This document shows, in pieces, positions 8,470-18,901 of a stretch of DNA of 46,132 nucleotides (the first letter of the stretch is position 1; every line of letters begins with the position of its first letter). The stretch is taken from positions 1-46,132 of the forward strand of contig JAWBTW010000006.1 of assembly GCA_039000165.1 (NCBI GenBank), given 5' to 3'. The notes beneath the pieces were generated by a model. The model saw only the letters and a program-made list of their open reading frames with translations, did no database searches and was not told where the DNA came from. The DNA is from Candidatus Aenigmatarchaeota archaeon. Lineage in GTDB: Archaea; Aenigmatarchaeota; Aenigmatarchaeia; CG10238-14; SCSR01. A program made the position numbers and the translations under genes.

Positions 8470-8802
8470 ATGGTAGTTAGCAAGAAAAAAGGTTATAGGG
8501 TTGAAAGGAAAATAAGAAAAATTTTTGAAAGTTATGGTTGGAAAGTTGTAAGGGCAGGGGCAAGCCTAGGAGAGGCGGATCTAATCTGCATAAAAAATAA
8601 AAAATGTATCTTATTACAAATCAAATCAACAAAAAAAGACGCTTTATACTATAAAGGTTATTTTTCCGATAAGTTTGAAGGATTTCCTTTTTATGTAGTG
8701 GTGGACTTCGGTTATGGAAAAATTAGAATAACAAAGCCGAAGGAAAAAATCACCCTGGAAGAAGGAAAGGAATTAGAGGATTTCCTAAAAAATATTAAAT
8801 AA
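8470..8802 (+). CDS. hjc: Holliday junction resolvase Hjc
   Basis: KKGYRVERK...GWKVVRAGAS...ADLI...QIKST. Confidence 0.85.
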   Translation: MVVSKKKGYRVERKIRKIFESYGWKVVRAGASLGEADLICIKNKKCILLQIKSTKKDALYYKGYFSDKFEGFPFYVVVDFGYGKIRITKPKEKITLEEGKELEDFLKNIK

Positions 8803-8831
8803 GTAAGCTATAATATTAAAAGGAAGATTTT

Positions 8832-9380
8832 ATGCCTGTACTAGTTAAAGACATAATGAGCAGGCCTGCAGTAACTATAGAAGAAAATAAATCAGCAAAA
8901 GTTGCAGGCGAACTAATGAAAAAGAAAAGAAAAGGAGCCTTAATAGTCGTAAGAAAAGGAAAACCAGTTGGTATTATAACAGACAGTGATTTGATAAGGA
9001 AAGTTGTAGCAAAAAACCTGAAACCTTCTGAAGTTAAGGTTAAGGATATAATGTCAAAACCTTTGGTGACTATTGGCCCAGAAGAGAATATAATAGAGGC
9101 AAGTAGAAAAATGAAAAGAAGTAATATAAAAAGGTTGCCAGTAGTGGAAAACGGAAAAGTTGTTGGTGTACTTTCCTTGACAGACATAGCAAAGACTTCT
9201 CCAGAAATGCTTGATTTACTTGAATACAGGTTAAGGATGAGGGAAGAGCCATTTGGTATAAAGGAAAAATTCACTTCAGGAATTTGTGAGAACTGTGGGA
9301 ATTATAGCGAGCGTTTAACTGAAGTTAACAATCAATGGGTTTGTGAAGATTGTAAGGATGAACTTGAAAGCGAATATTAA
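8832..9380 (+). CDS. CBS-pair protein with C-terminal zinc ribbon
   Basis: Two VKDIMS CBS repeats; GICENC...WVCEDC. Confidence 0.9.
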   Translation: MPVLVKDIMSRPAVTIEENKSAKVAGELMKKKRKGALIVVRKGKPVGIITDSDLIRKVVAKNLKPSEVKVKDIMSKPLVTIGPEENIIEASRKMKRSNIKRLPVVENGKVVGVLSLTDIAKTSPEMLDLLEYRLRMREEPFGIKEKFTSGICENCGNYSERLTEVNNQWVCEDCKDELESEY

Positions 9381-9388
9381 ATGGTTTT

Positions 9389-9859
9389 ATGCTTACCGAT
9401 AAAATTAGGGAAATTCAAAAAGAAATATTAAACTTCAAAGGAGTACCCATAATAGTAGAAGGAAAAAAAGATGAGGAAGCTTTAAAGAGGCTTGGTTTTC
9501 AAAATATTGTAAAGATTTCCGGCAAACCCTTGGAGAAAGTTTTTGAAGAAGTTAGCAATTTCAAATCTGTTGTCATTCTTTCAGATTTCGATGAAGAGGG
9601 TAAAAAAATTTTTGCAAAATTGAGAAAATTACTCTCTTCAAATGGAATAAAAGTTCACACTTTTTTAAGGAACAAGATTAAATCAACTCTCAAAATCAAA
9701 AAAATTGAAGAAATAAACTCTTTAACAAAGCTTATGGAGGATGATTACTATGGCAAAACTTGCTCAATCTACGATAAAATATTTAATAGAAGTAGAATTT
9801 TCTTGCGACGGGATGGTGGAAAAACCAGACGTAATAGGGGCAATATTCGGGCAAACTGA
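9389..9859 (+). CDS. Small TOPRIM-domain protein (RNase M5-like)
   Basis: IIVEGKKD and ILSDFDEEG TOPRIM motifs. Confidence 0.85.
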   Translation: MLTDKIREIQKEILNFKGVPIIVEGKKDEEALKRLGFQNIVKISGKPLEKVFEEVSNFKSVVILSDFDEEGKKIFAKLRKLLSSNGIKVHTFLRNKIKSTLKIKKIEEINSLTKLMEDDYYGKTCSIYDKIFNRSRIFLRRDGGKTRRNRGNIRAN

Positions 9860-10607
9860 AGGTTTGCTTGGTCAAGATTTGGATTTAAGGGAATTGCAAA
9901 GAAGTGGAAGAATAGGAAGAATAGATGTTGAACTTAACGTGACTGAAGAAGGAAAAACTATTGGTAAGTTCTTTGTTCCTTCAAGTCTTGATTCTTCAGA
10001 AACAGCTTTACTAGCAGCTTCTTTTGAGACTATAGAAAGAATTGGACCATGCAACGCAAAGGTTAAAGTTAAAACAGTAAAGGATGTGAGAAATGCTAAG
10101 AGGGATTATGTTCTTAAAAGGGCGAACGAGATTTTAGAAAAACTTTTGAGCGAAGAGATTCCTTCAACTTCAAAAATTACTGAGCTACTAAGGGAAAACG
10201 TGAGAGCTGCACAGATAACCGAATTTCAAGGCTTACCAGCAGGCCCTGATGTTCAAAATTCAGACGAAATAATAGTAGTTGAGGGAAGAGCAGATGTTAT
10301 TAACCTCTTGAAAAATGGGATTAAGAATGTTATCGCAATAGGAGGAGCAACAATACCTAAAACAATAATAGATTTGACAAAAGAAAAAGTTACGACTTTG
10401 TTTGTAGATGGTGATAGAGGAGGAGAACTAATCATCAAAGAGCTTCTTAACCTCGGTGAAATCGATTATATAGCAAGAGCACCAGAAGGTAAAGAAGTGG
10501 AAGAACTAACAAAAAAAGAAATTTTTAAAGCTTTGAGAGAAAGGATTTCTATCGAGCAATATAAACCTGAAGTCAAAACTAAGGAGCTAACTGAATTTAC
10601 CCAATAA
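9750..10607 (+). CDS. dnaG: Archaeal DnaG (primase-like/exosome-associated), short form
   Basis: VEKPDVIGAIFGQTEGLLG, ELQRSGRIGRI, VVEGRADV, DGDRGG, GKEVEEL. Confidence 0.93.
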   Translation: MAKLAQSTIKYLIEVEFSCDGMVEKPDVIGAIFGQTEGLLGQDLDLRELQRSGRIGRIDVELNVTEEGKTIGKFFVPSSLDSSETALLAASFETIERIGPCNAKVKVKTVKDVRNAKRDYVLKRANEILEKLLSEEIPSTSKITELLRENVRAAQITEFQGLPAGPDVQNSDEIIVVEGRADVINLLKNGIKNVIAIGGATIPKTIIDLTKEKVTTLFVDGDRGGELIIKELLNLGEIDYIARAPEGKEVEELTKKEIFKALRERISIEQYKPEVKTKELTEFTQ

Positions 10608-10657
10608 TTGTAAACTATTACTTAAAATTAAATAAGCTAAAATATTTTAGAAGAGAT

Positions 10658-10948
10658 ATGGCTAAAAAAAACGAAAATGGTTACAAAGTTTTAATTTCAA
10701 CCCTGATAAAATGTGAAGAAAAAATAGTAGGTAAAGTTGCTATTACTATAGCAAAAGAAATTAAAGGTTTAGAAGTTGATGACAAGGGTAATGTGGTAAA
10801 AGTTGTTAATGGTGAAGAAGCATTTGAAGCCCTTTACCAAGAGTATAAAAAATATGGTTTTGGACTTGTCACAGCTATAATAAAACCACACATAAAAGAG
10901 GTTTTGAAAAAATATCCAAACCTTAAAATCCCTGAAGAATTAAGGTAA
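10658..10948 (+). CDS. Hypothetical small soluble protein
   Basis: 96 aa ORF with genome-typical composition; no confident family. Confidence 0.7.
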   Translation: MAKKNENGYKVLISTLIKCEEKIVGKVAITIAKEIKGLEVDDKGNVVKVVNGEEAFEALYQEYKKYGFGLVTAIIKPHIKEVLKKYPNLKIPEELR

Positions 10949-10997
10949 AAGTTAACTTTTAAGGTTTGCTGGGTTTAATAATATTTAAGGAGTAAAT

Positions 10998-11882
10998 ATG
11001 CAAACAAAAGAAAAAGTCTTACTCATCTTAGGTTTGCTTAACTTTTTGGTTTTTGTTCAAGGTTTGGCTTTAAAAATTCCTGATTACATTCGAAGTTTAC
11101 CTTTTAGAATTCCTGAACAAAGGCCAGAATTAATTTCAGCTATGCAAATGTTCACACCTTTTGAAGTTTCAATTCAACTTTTAGTATTTTTCTTTTTCTT
11201 CATTACACCGGGTTTTATATTTACTCTAGCTTTTTTTAAAGAACTGACAAAATTAGAGAAAATTTTTCTATCTTTTACAATTTCCACACTTATTTTTGGA
11301 ATTTTTGATAATATTGGAGCTGGTATGTTAGGGTCTATGAATTATTATTCTATTTGTAGTACTACTTCTCTAATTTTTATAGTAGCTTTTTCTGTTTTAG
11401 GGCTCTTTTTCTTGTATGTTAAAAAAATTGGTTTGGGAGGTAAGCTATTTAAACTAATTTTTATAGTCGTTTCAATAATTTTCTTTTTATTACCTCTTTT
11501 AATCCTCAAAAACATTGAGTTTGGAACTTTGTTAGAGTTTGAAAAAATAATACCTTGGTGGTTTAATCCACCCTGCATTTGTTCCGAAGTTAACTTTTTG
11601 GTTGGGGTCGGTAGTTTATTAATTGTCCTCTTTTTGTTGAATTTCGTAGTTAAACTTAAAAGGGAGCTTATCTTAATACCACTTTTACTTCTTTTGGGTT
11701 TTGTCTTCTTTTCTTCATCTAAGTTTTTAGACACTTACCATGGGATGCTTTCTTTTAGTTCACCAACCTTCTTAGTTTGGGTAGAAGATTTAGCTAATAA
11801 ATCCGAATTGTTAATGTTAATAAGTCTTTTAATCTTGCTTTTATTGAACCTAGAAATGTTGAGAGTGGTGAGAAAAATATGA
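10998..11882 (+). CDS. Polytopic membrane protein of unknown function
   Basis: About 8 hydrophobic helices; AAGGAG RBS upstream. Confidence 0.75.
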   Translation: MQTKEKVLLILGLLNFLVFVQGLALKIPDYIRSLPFRIPEQRPELISAMQMFTPFEVSIQLLVFFFFFITPGFIFTLAFFKELTKLEKIFLSFTISTLIFGIFDNIGAGMLGSMNYYSICSTTSLIFIVAFSVLGLFFLYVKKIGLGGKLFKLIFIVVSIIFFLLPLLILKNIEFGTLLEFEKIIPWWFNPPCICSEVNFLVGVGSLLIVLFLLNFVVKLKRELILIPLLLLLGFVFFSSSKFLDTYHGMLSFSSPTFLVWVEDLANKSELLMLISLLILLLLNLEMLRVVRKI

Positions 11883-12160
11883 TGCTAACGATAATAAACT
11901 TAGTTTTGGCATCTCTCTTATCGATAGTTTCATTTGTAAATCTTTTTATAGTAAAGAAGAAAACAAAAGAAATTCCACAAACTTGGAATTATTTGGCAAT
12001 AGGTTTCTTCTTTTTATTCCTTTCTCAAATAGCTATTTTTTTCAGGACGCTTTACCAACAACCTGCTTATTTCTTGCAATTTTATAGCGAAGCTCTTGCA
12101 ATAGTTGGTGTATTCTTTGTATTGAGAGGGATTTTGATTTATCTTGGGAAATCAAGGTAG
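11879..12160 (+). CDS. Small 3-TM membrane protein
   Basis: Three hydrophobic helices; ATGA coupling to upstream gene. Confidence 0.7.
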   Translation: MMLTIINLVLASLLSIVSFVNLFIVKKKTKEIPQTWNYLAIGFFFLFLSQIAIFFRTLYQQPAYFLQFYSEALAIVGVFFVLRGILIYLGKSR

Positions 12161-12168
12161 TACTTCTT

Positions 12169-12705
12169 TTACAAAGTTACTTCATGAATAATGGAATAAG
12201 TAGGGCCAGCTCTGTTTAATTCGCTTTTTATCAGTTGTATTCTATCTATTTTCATAGCCCCAACCCTTAGATTACTCATTTCTTTAATTTTTTTAATTAC
12301 AAACTCTCTTTCTTCGATTGCCTTTACCCGGCATAAGGTGATGTGAGGGGGCTTAGAATCTCCACCTATTTGTTTTAATACCATTTTTCTTAGACTTTCT
12401 ATTTTTTCGTTCTCGTCTTTTACATCAAGAGCTATGACTCTCAAAAACCTCTCGTTTGGAATTAGTTTTATTCCTTCAACAAAAACTTCAAACGGTTTAA
12501 AAGTTGAAGATAGTGTATCAAGACCATTCTTTATTTTTTCCACTTCATTTTCTTTTGTCTCTCCAAGAAAACTCAGACAAATATGAAGGTTATATTCTTC
12601 AACAAACTTACACCTTATGGGCAACTTTTTTATTTCTTCCATAATCTTTTTTATGTTTTGGCGTAATTTTTCTGGAACCAATATGCCAACGAAGCATCTA
12701 ACCAT
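12169..12705 (-). CDS. thpR: RNA 2',3'-cyclic phosphodiesterase (2H family)
   Basis: MVRCFVGI, NLHICLSFLG, PHITLCRVK, LIKSEL..AGPTY. Confidence 0.9.
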   Translation of the reverse strand: MVRCFVGILVPEKLRQNIKKIMEEIKKLPIRCKFVEEYNLHICLSFLGETKENEVEKIKNGLDTLSSTFKPFEVFVEGIKLIPNERFLRVIALDVKDENEKIESLRKMVLKQIGGDSKPPHITLCRVKAIEEREFVIKKIKEMSNLRVGAMKIDRIQLIKSELNRAGPTYSIIHEVTL

Positions 12706-12770
12706 AATTTTTATCTATTGTGAAAGAATAAAAATAATAATTACCAATAATTTTATAGGTGGTTTTTAAA

Positions 12771-13037
12771 ATGGCAGAAGAGACAAGAATAAGGGCAGCT
12801 GATATTATTGGTAAGAATGTGGTAAGTGAAGAGACAGGAAGAAAGTTTGGAGTTGTGGCTAATGTTGACTTTGTCACAGAAAGTGGGGAATTGCTTAACC
12901 TAGTTGTTGATGAACCAACAAAGTATCTTTTAGACATGAACCTTAAAACTGACGAAAAAGGAAGAGTTTTAATTCCTTTCAGCGCAGTAAAGTCAGTAGG
13001 AGATTTTGTCATAGTATCAGAAAGTGAACTAGTTTAA
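12771..13037 (+). CDS. PRC-barrel protein
   Basis: IIGKNVVSEETGRKFGVV...IPFSAVKSVGDFVIV; AGGTGG RBS. Confidence 0.9.
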   Translation: MAEETRIRAADIIGKNVVSEETGRKFGVVANVDFVTESGELLNLVVDEPTKYLLDMNLKTDEKGRVLIPFSAVKSVGDFVIVSESELV

Positions 13038-14023
13038 ACCCAAGTAATTTCGACCTCATCTATTCTCCATTTTGGCTTAATTCTATCTTTAAAAGTAGGT
13101 TTCCATCCAGATTTATAAGCTAGTAAGCCTACCCAGGCAATCATAACTCCGTTATCACCAGAGTATTTTTCTGGAACAACATAAAGCTTTGCTCCTCTTT
13201 CTTCACACATTACCTTCATCATTTCTTGCAATCTTTTGTTTGCTGCAACTCCACCAACTAGTAAAACTTCTTCTTTTCCTGTATGGGCTAAAGCTCTTTC
13301 TGTTACTTCTGTTAGCATCGCAAAACAAGTCTCTTGAAGGGAAAAGGCTAAATCTTCTTTCGATATTCCTTTTCTTAACAGCTTAAGAGCTGCTGTTGCT
13401 ATGCCAGAAAAAGAAACATCCATTCCTTTAACAACATAAGGCAATTCAACATAATGTTTTCCTTCTTTTGCTATTTTTTCTATTTCTGCACCACCAGGCA
13501 TGGGCAGCTTCATTTCCCTTGCAACAATATCTAAGCAATTTCCTAAGGGAATATCTTGGGTTTCACCGAATATTCTGTATTTTCCTTCAACAAAAGCGAT
13601 TATTTGTGTGTTGCCTCCAGAAAGATAGACAAAAATAGGGTCTTTTGTTTTAGTTGTTAGTTTACCTATCTCTAAATGCGCACAACAATGATTTACAGGT
13701 ATTAAAGGTTTTTTATACTTTTTTGAAATTTCTACTGCAAAGTTTGCAGTAAAAGTTAAAGGAGGAGAAAGCCCCGGGCCCGCGGAATAGCTTACCAAAT
13801 TTATTTTTTCCCAACTTAAACCAGAAACTTTTAACGCTTTTTCTAGAAGTTTTGCAGCAACTTTTTCATGATGCTCTTTTGCTTCATTTGGAACTATACC
13901 CTTTCCAATCTTTGGTATGTAAGTATCTCTTTCATCAGCCAAAATATTTCCTTTTTCATCTATTATACCAACACCAAAAGTGTGAGCTGTTCCTTCGAAA
14001 CCAAGGGAGATTTTCTCGAACAT
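13034..14023 (-). CDS. kae1: KEOPS t6A threonylcarbamoyltransferase Kae1
   Basis: GFEGTAHT, GPGL, HCCAHLE, SGGNTQ, GGVAAN, DNGVMIA, WRIDEV. Confidence 0.96.
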   Translation of the reverse strand: MFEKISLGFEGTAHTFGVGIIDEKGNILADERDTYIPKIGKGIVPNEAKEHHEKVAAKLLEKALKVSGLSWEKINLVSYSAGPGLSPPLTFTANFAVEISKKYKKPLIPVNHCCAHLEIGKLTTKTKDPIFVYLSGGNTQIIAFVEGKYRIFGETQDIPLGNCLDIVAREMKLPMPGGAEIEKIAKEGKHYVELPYVVKGMDVSFSGIATAALKLLRKGISKEDLAFSLQETCFAMLTEVTERALAHTGKEEVLLVGGVAANKRLQEMMKVMCEERGAKLYVVPEKYSGDNGVMIAWVGLLAYKSGWKPTFKDRIKPKWRIDEVEITWV

Positions 14024-14100
14024 AATCAACAATTAACTTTTTTTAAATTGTTTTTATTAAAACTTAAAAAGAGTTTGCAACTTAAGTTTAAAGTGTGTTT

Positions 14101-16260
14101 ATGAAAGACGAAGAAATTATAGAAAAAGTTTTGGAAGTTTCAAAGTTTGAAAAGCTTAATCCTGTGCAAGAAGAAGCTATAAAGAAAGGTTTGCTTAAGG
14201 GAAAAAATTTAGTGATATTTGCGCCTACTGCAAGCGGAAAAACGCTTTGTGCAGAACTTGCAGCCGTTAAAACAATACTTGAAAAAAGAGAAAAAGTTGT
14301 TTACATGGTTCCTTTAGTTGCCTTAGCAAACGAAAAGTATAAGGATTTTAAAGAAAAGTACTCTAAGCTTGGAATAAAAGTTGCTTTATCTGTTGGAGAT
14401 TTGGATAATTCTGATCCATGGCTTAAGAATTATGATTTAATCGTTGTTTCAAACGAAAAAATGGATAGTTTAATAAGACATGGAGCTGATTGGATTGCAG
14501 AAGTTGGGCTAATAGTTGTTGATGAAATCCATCTCTTACAACAAGCAGACAGAGGGCCAACTTTAGAAATAGTTCTAACTCTTCTAAGAAAACTTATTCC
14601 AAACGCACAGGTTATCGCTTTATCTGCTACGATAAAAAATGCAGAAGAATTAGCTGAATGGTTAAGCGCAGAGACTGTTATTTCTGAGTGGAGACCTGTA
14701 AAGCTCTATAAAGGAGTAAGCTTTCCATATAGGATAAAGTTTTTGGAAAAAAATGGCTATGAGTTAGACTCAAGCTTACCTTTAGAAGCTTCAATCATAA
14801 AAAACACCTTAGAATCAAGGAAACAGGCTTTGTTTTTTGTTTCTACTAGAAAAAGTGCAGAAAGCTTGGCAGAAAAGTTAGGAAAAGTTGTGAGTCAATA
14901 CTTAGGAAGAAAAGAGAAAGAAGATTTAGAGGGTTTGGCAAATGAAGTTGAAAGTGTGCTAGAGATTCCAACGCAGCAATGTAAAAAATTGGCAAGATGT
15001 ATTAGACAAGGAGTTGCTTTTCATCATGCCGGCCTTCTTTTCCAACAAAAATCTTTGATAGAGGAGAATTTTAGAAAAGGTTTGATTAAGGTTATAGTTG
15101 CAACCCCAACCTTAGCTTATGGTGTTAATTTACCTAGTTGGCGTGTAATAATGAGGGATCTAAAGAGGTATCAACCAGGAATAGGTGCTGTTTTTGTTTC
15201 AATTTTAGATGTTCAACAAATGCTTGGAAGGGCTGGAAGACCACAATACGATGATTTCGGTGAAGGCATAATTTTGTCAAAAAGTGAAGAAGAGGCAGAA
15301 GAAATTATAGAATATTACATTTATGGTGAAGCAGAAGAAATTCAGTCAAAACTGGCAGCAGAACCTGCTTTGAGAATGCACACTTTAGCTTTAATAGCAA
15401 ACGAATTTTGTAAAACAGAAAAATCTTTGCTAGAATTTTTTTCAGAAACTTTTTTTGCTTATCAGTATGGGGAAGTTTCGATTATAAAAGAAAAAATTTT
15501 AGAAATTTTGAAATTACTTGAGGAATGGAAGTTTATCGAGAGAAAAAAAGAAAAACTTAGTGCTACAAGGATAGGAAGAAGGGTTTCTGAACTTTACATT
15601 GATCCTTTAACCGCAAACTATTTTATCCAATCTCTTAAAAAAGCAACAAAAAAGGAAGTTCAGCCTTTCAGCTTTTTACAAGTTATTTGTAACACAATAG
15701 AAATGAAACCTTTGTTAGGCATAAGAACTGGCGAATTTTCAGAATTAAACGAAAAAATTGCTGAAAGGGAAAGTTTGTTTTTACAAAAAATACCAGAAGA
15801 ATGGGATTTGGAATTTGACGATTTTTTAAGAAGTGTTAAAACAGCTTTAATGTTTGAAGCTTGGATAAACGAAGCAAGCGAGGAAGAAATTTTAACAAAA
15901 TTTAAAGTTGCACCAGGAGAATTTTACGGAAGAAGAGAAATAGCAGATTGGTTAATTTATTCTTTGCAGGAGCTTGCCCTTCTTCTAGGTTACAAGAAAT
16001 TGCTTTTGCCTATAAGAAAGCTTAGGGTTAGACTTGAGTATGGGGTAAAAGAAGAGCTTTTACCTTTGGTAAGACTAAAAGGAATAGGACGGATAAGAGC
16101 AAGGAAATTGTTTAATTCTGGAATCAAAACCATTTCTGACTTGAAAAAAATTCCTTTAGAAAGTTTGGCTAGGCTTGTTGGGGAAAAAACAGCGTATAAA
16201 ATCAAAGAGCAGTTAGGGGAAATTAGGAAAAAAGAAGAAAGGCAAATTACTTTAAGATAA
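14101..16260 (+). CDS. hel308: Ski2-like DNA helicase Hel308/Hjm
   Basis: [31 protein letters not shown]-terminal Hh[11 protein letters not shown]. Confidence 0.95.
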   Translation: MKDEEIIEKVLEVSKFEKLNPVQEEAIKKGLLKGKNLVIFAPTASGKTLCAELAAVKTILEKREKVVYMVPLVALANEKYKDFKEKYSKLGIKVALSVGDLDNSDPWLKNYDLIVVSNEKMDSLIRHGADWIAEVGLIVVDEIHLLQQADRGPTLEIVLTLLRKLIPNAQVIALSATIKNAEELAEWLSAETVISEWRPVKLYKGVSFPYRIKFLEKNGYELDSSLPLEASIIKNTLESRKQALFFVSTRKSAESLAEKLGKVVSQYLGRKEKEDLEGLANEVESVLEIPTQQCKKLARCIRQGVAFHHAGLLFQQKSLIEENFRKGLIKVIVATPTLAYGVNLPSWRVIMRDLKRYQPGIGAVFVSILDVQQMLGRAGRPQYDDFGEGIILSKSEEEAEEIIEYYIYGEAEEIQSKLAAEPALRMHTLALIANEFCKTEKSLLEFFSETFFAYQYGEVSIIKEKILEILKLLEEWKFIERKKEKLSATRIGRRVSELYIDPLTANYFIQSLKKATKKEVQPFSFLQVICNTIEMKPLLGIRTGEFSELNEKIAERESLFLQKIPEEWDLEFDDFLRSVKTALMFEAWINEASEEEILTKFKVAPGEFYGRREIADWLIYSLQELALLLGYKKLLLPIRKLRVRLEYGVKEELLPLVRLKGIGRIRARKLFNSGIKTISDLKKIPLESLARLVGEKTAYKIKEQLGEIRKKEERQITLR

Positions 16261-16298
16261 CTTTAAGAGTTTGTAACGTAACAAAATTTTGTGAGAAC

Positions 16299-16883
16299 AT
16301 GAAAAAAACAATCGAAAATCTTGCAAAGGCTTTTGTTGGCGAATGCCAAGCAAGGAATCGTTATACTTTTTATTCAAAAGTTGCAAAGAAAGAAGGTTTT
16401 GAGCAGATAGCTGAAATTTTCTTAATTACTGCAGAAAACGAAAGAGAACATGCGAGCTGGCTTTTCAAGTTGATTAATGAGCTAAAGAAAAAATCAAAAG
16501 AGAAAATAGAAGAAATAAAAGTTGAAGCAAGTGTGCCAACAACTCTTGGAAGCACAACAGAAAACTTAAAAGCAGCGATAGCAGGAGAGAATTACGAGTA
16601 CACGAAAATGTATCCTGAGTTTGCCGAAATTGCTGAAAAGGAAGGTCTAAAAGAAATTGCTAAAAGGTTGAGAGCAATAGCTATAGCAGAGAAACATCAT
16701 GAAGAGAGATACAAAAAAATACTCGCAGAAGTGGAAAAAGGGACGGTTTTTAAGAAAGAAAAAGAAGTTTGGTGGGTTTGCAGAGAATGTGGTTATGTAC
16801 ATTTCGGGAAAGAGCCTCCAGAAAGATGTCCATCTTGCGATCATGAAAGAAGCTTTTATCAGTTAAAGTGTGAAGAGTATTAG
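16299..16883 (+). CDS. rbr: Rubrerythrin
   Basis: [30 protein letters not shown]...CPSC. Confidence 0.95.
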   Translation: MKKTIENLAKAFVGECQARNRYTFYSKVAKKEGFEQIAEIFLITAENEREHASWLFKLINELKKKSKEKIEEIKVEASVPTTLGSTTENLKAAIAGENYEYTKMYPEFAEIAEKEGLKEIAKRLRAIAIAEKHHEERYKKILAEVEKGTVFKKEKEVWWVCRECGYVHFGKEPPERCPSCDHERSFYQLKCEEY

Positions 16884-16891
16884 GGAAGAAA

Positions 16892-17266
16892 ATGACAAAA
16901 CAGAAGCAAATTTACAGGTGCAATGTTTGCGGTAATATAGTTGAAGTTCTAGATGCAGGAATCGGTCAATTAGTTTGTTGTGGCCAACCAATGGAATTGC
17001 TAGAAGAAAAAACAGAAGATGTTGGGAAGGAAAAGCATGTTCCAGTAATAGAAAAAACAGAAAAGGGAATAAAAGTGAAAGTTGGTTCAGTGTCTCATCC
17101 TATGGAAGATTCTCATTACATAGAATGGATAGAGTTAATTGCAGACGGAAAATATTGCAGAAAATTCTTAAGACCAGGAGAAAAGCCAGAAGCAGAATTT
17201 GAAGTAAAAGCAGAAAAGGTTGAGGCAAGGGAATACTGTAACATTCATGGACTTTGGAAAGCCTGA
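16892..17266 (+). CDS. dfx: Desulfoferrodoxin (2Fe superoxide reductase)
   Basis: CNVCGN...CCGQPM, EKHVP, HPM..HYIEW, CNIHGLW. Confidence 0.95.
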   Translation: MTKQKQIYRCNVCGNIVEVLDAGIGQLVCCGQPMELLEEKTEDVGKEKHVPVIEKTEKGIKVKVGSVSHPMEDSHYIEWIELIADGKYCRKFLRPGEKPEAEFEVKAEKVEAREYCNIHGLWKA

Positions 17267-17372
17267 ATTATTTATAAAGCAAGATAGAAGATTAAGTAGA
17301 GAAAAATTTAAATATTCTTTAGTTTCTTTTTTAAATACTGGATGACCTTTTCTTTTTTTGGGAATTTAGAAG

Positions 17373-18131
17373 GTGAGCGCTATAGACGAGAACTACTATA
17401 TAGTTGAAGGAAACTATCAGTTTATGACCGAAGAGGATGTAAGAAATGGAAATTACAGACTCAAAAAACTAAAAATTGGACCTTTTTTCATAGTTACAGA
17501 AGAAGGTTACAAAGGTCTAACAAAAGTAGGAAAAATACCAAGAGTTGTATCTAGGTTTACAAAAAATTTGTACAAAGAACTTAACCTTTCTAGTAGCTAT
17601 AATTCTATCGAAGAAATAATTAAAGAGATAGGGAAAAACAATGTCTCACAAAAAAATGTTGAAGAAAGAAACAAACTTCTTTACAAGTTAATTCTTGAGA
17701 GTAACTTACAAACATGGAGAAAGGCTTTTGGAATTTTTCCTATCTTATACAAATCAGAAGATTCTTACCAAATTTTTTCATTTTTAACAAGCGTGCTTGA
17801 GAAAAAAGGCTTGTTTGAAACCTTCTCTTTAATAGTAGATGAGGAGAGTTTTCCACATGATAAACTCGATTTTCAGCGCAAACAACATGCTTATCTTCTA
17901 AACGAGAAGTATAGGTTTATTAACTTAAGTAAAGATGAAAAAGGAAGAACTGTTTGGGTTCCTAATAGGTTTGATTCTTTCTTTTCCTTTAACAGAAATC
18001 TGAAGAGAATTCTTGAAATTGAAAAAGCACCGGCAGAAATTTTAAAAATTGTGGAGATGTGGGAAAAAATCCTATTTGAAGAGAAAAGGAAAATAGAAGA
18101 GTTTGAATTGAGGTTTGCACTTAAAACTTAA
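17373..18131 (+). CDS. Hypothetical protein
   Basis: 252 aa ORF, no recognisable motif. Confidence 0.65.
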   Translation: MSAIDENYYIVEGNYQFMTEEDVRNGNYRLKKLKIGPFFIVTEEGYKGLTKVGKIPRVVSRFTKNLYKELNLSSSYNSIEEIIKEIGKNNVSQKNVEERNKLLYKLILESNLQTWRKAFGIFPILYKSEDSYQIFSFLTSVLEKKGLFETFSLIVDEESFPHDKLDFQRKQHAYLLNEKYRFINLSKDEKGRTVWVPNRFDSFFSFNRNLKRILEIEKAPAEILKIVEMWEKILFEEKRKIEEFELRFALKT

Positions 18132-18901
18132 AACATTTTTGCAAATTTCCCAGTTTTTCTTGAGTAATCAAACCCAAATTTATAGGTTAAAATACTTATG
18201 AAAAAATAAATAAGACCAACAACAACAGAAAAAACCATTTCTTGAAAGTATGGTTTGCTTAACAAAAGATTCCTTAAACTTTCAAAAAGATTACCATAAG
18301 GCATTATTCTTGCTAAAACTTGCGCTTGATAAGGCAAAATTTTTAGCGGTGATAGAGGGAAAGAAAGAAGTATAAAAAACTGAAGGCTTGCCCAAGCAAG
18401 CCATGCGTAATCTCTTCCTAAAATAAAGTATAAACCTGCTATTAGGATTGCTAGTGTAACCGAAAGAAACACTGTTAAAACAATAAAAGGTATTATCTCC
18501 AAACTTATTTGCGCTAGGTTAAAGAAGAATAGATTAGTTACCAAAAGCATGAAAAATAGGTTTAAGGAAGAAATTAGCAAACTAAAAATTATTCTTCCAA
18601 GCAAGTATTCCCACTTTCCAACTCCTGTTATAAATATATGGTGAGCCTCACTATGCCAAGCATCTTCATTAATACTCAAGTTTATCGTTGATTGAACCAC
18701 ATAAGCATAACTCCAGAAGACGTTTATAACCAAAACAATCTTTCCTGCTTCACTCGCAAATTCTCCTGTCCAAATAGCAAAAAGACCCCAGATTATTATT
18801 GAAGTTATGGGGAAATAGAAAAGCTCAAGCCATCTCCATCTAGATTTGATGAAAATTAAATAGTCTCTATAAACTAGTGCCTTTAACCTTGAAAATTTCA
18901 T
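18128..18901 (-). CDS. ABC-2 type permease
   Basis: Six TM helices; ATGA-coupled to the ATPase gene (start trimmed to ATG 18901). Confidence 0.88.
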   Translation of the reverse strand: MKFSRLKALVYRDYLIFIKSRWRWLELFYFPITSIIIWGLFAIWTGEFASEAGKIVLVINVFWSYAYVVQSTINLSINEDAWHSEAHHIFITGVGKWEYLLGRIIFSLLISSLNLFFMLLVTNLFFFNLAQISLEIIPFIVLTVFLSVTLAILIAGLYFILGRDYAWLAWASLQFFILLSFPLSPLKILPYQAQVLARIMPYGNLFESLRNLLLSKPYFQEMVFSVVVGLIYFFISILTYKFGFDYSRKTGKFAKMF

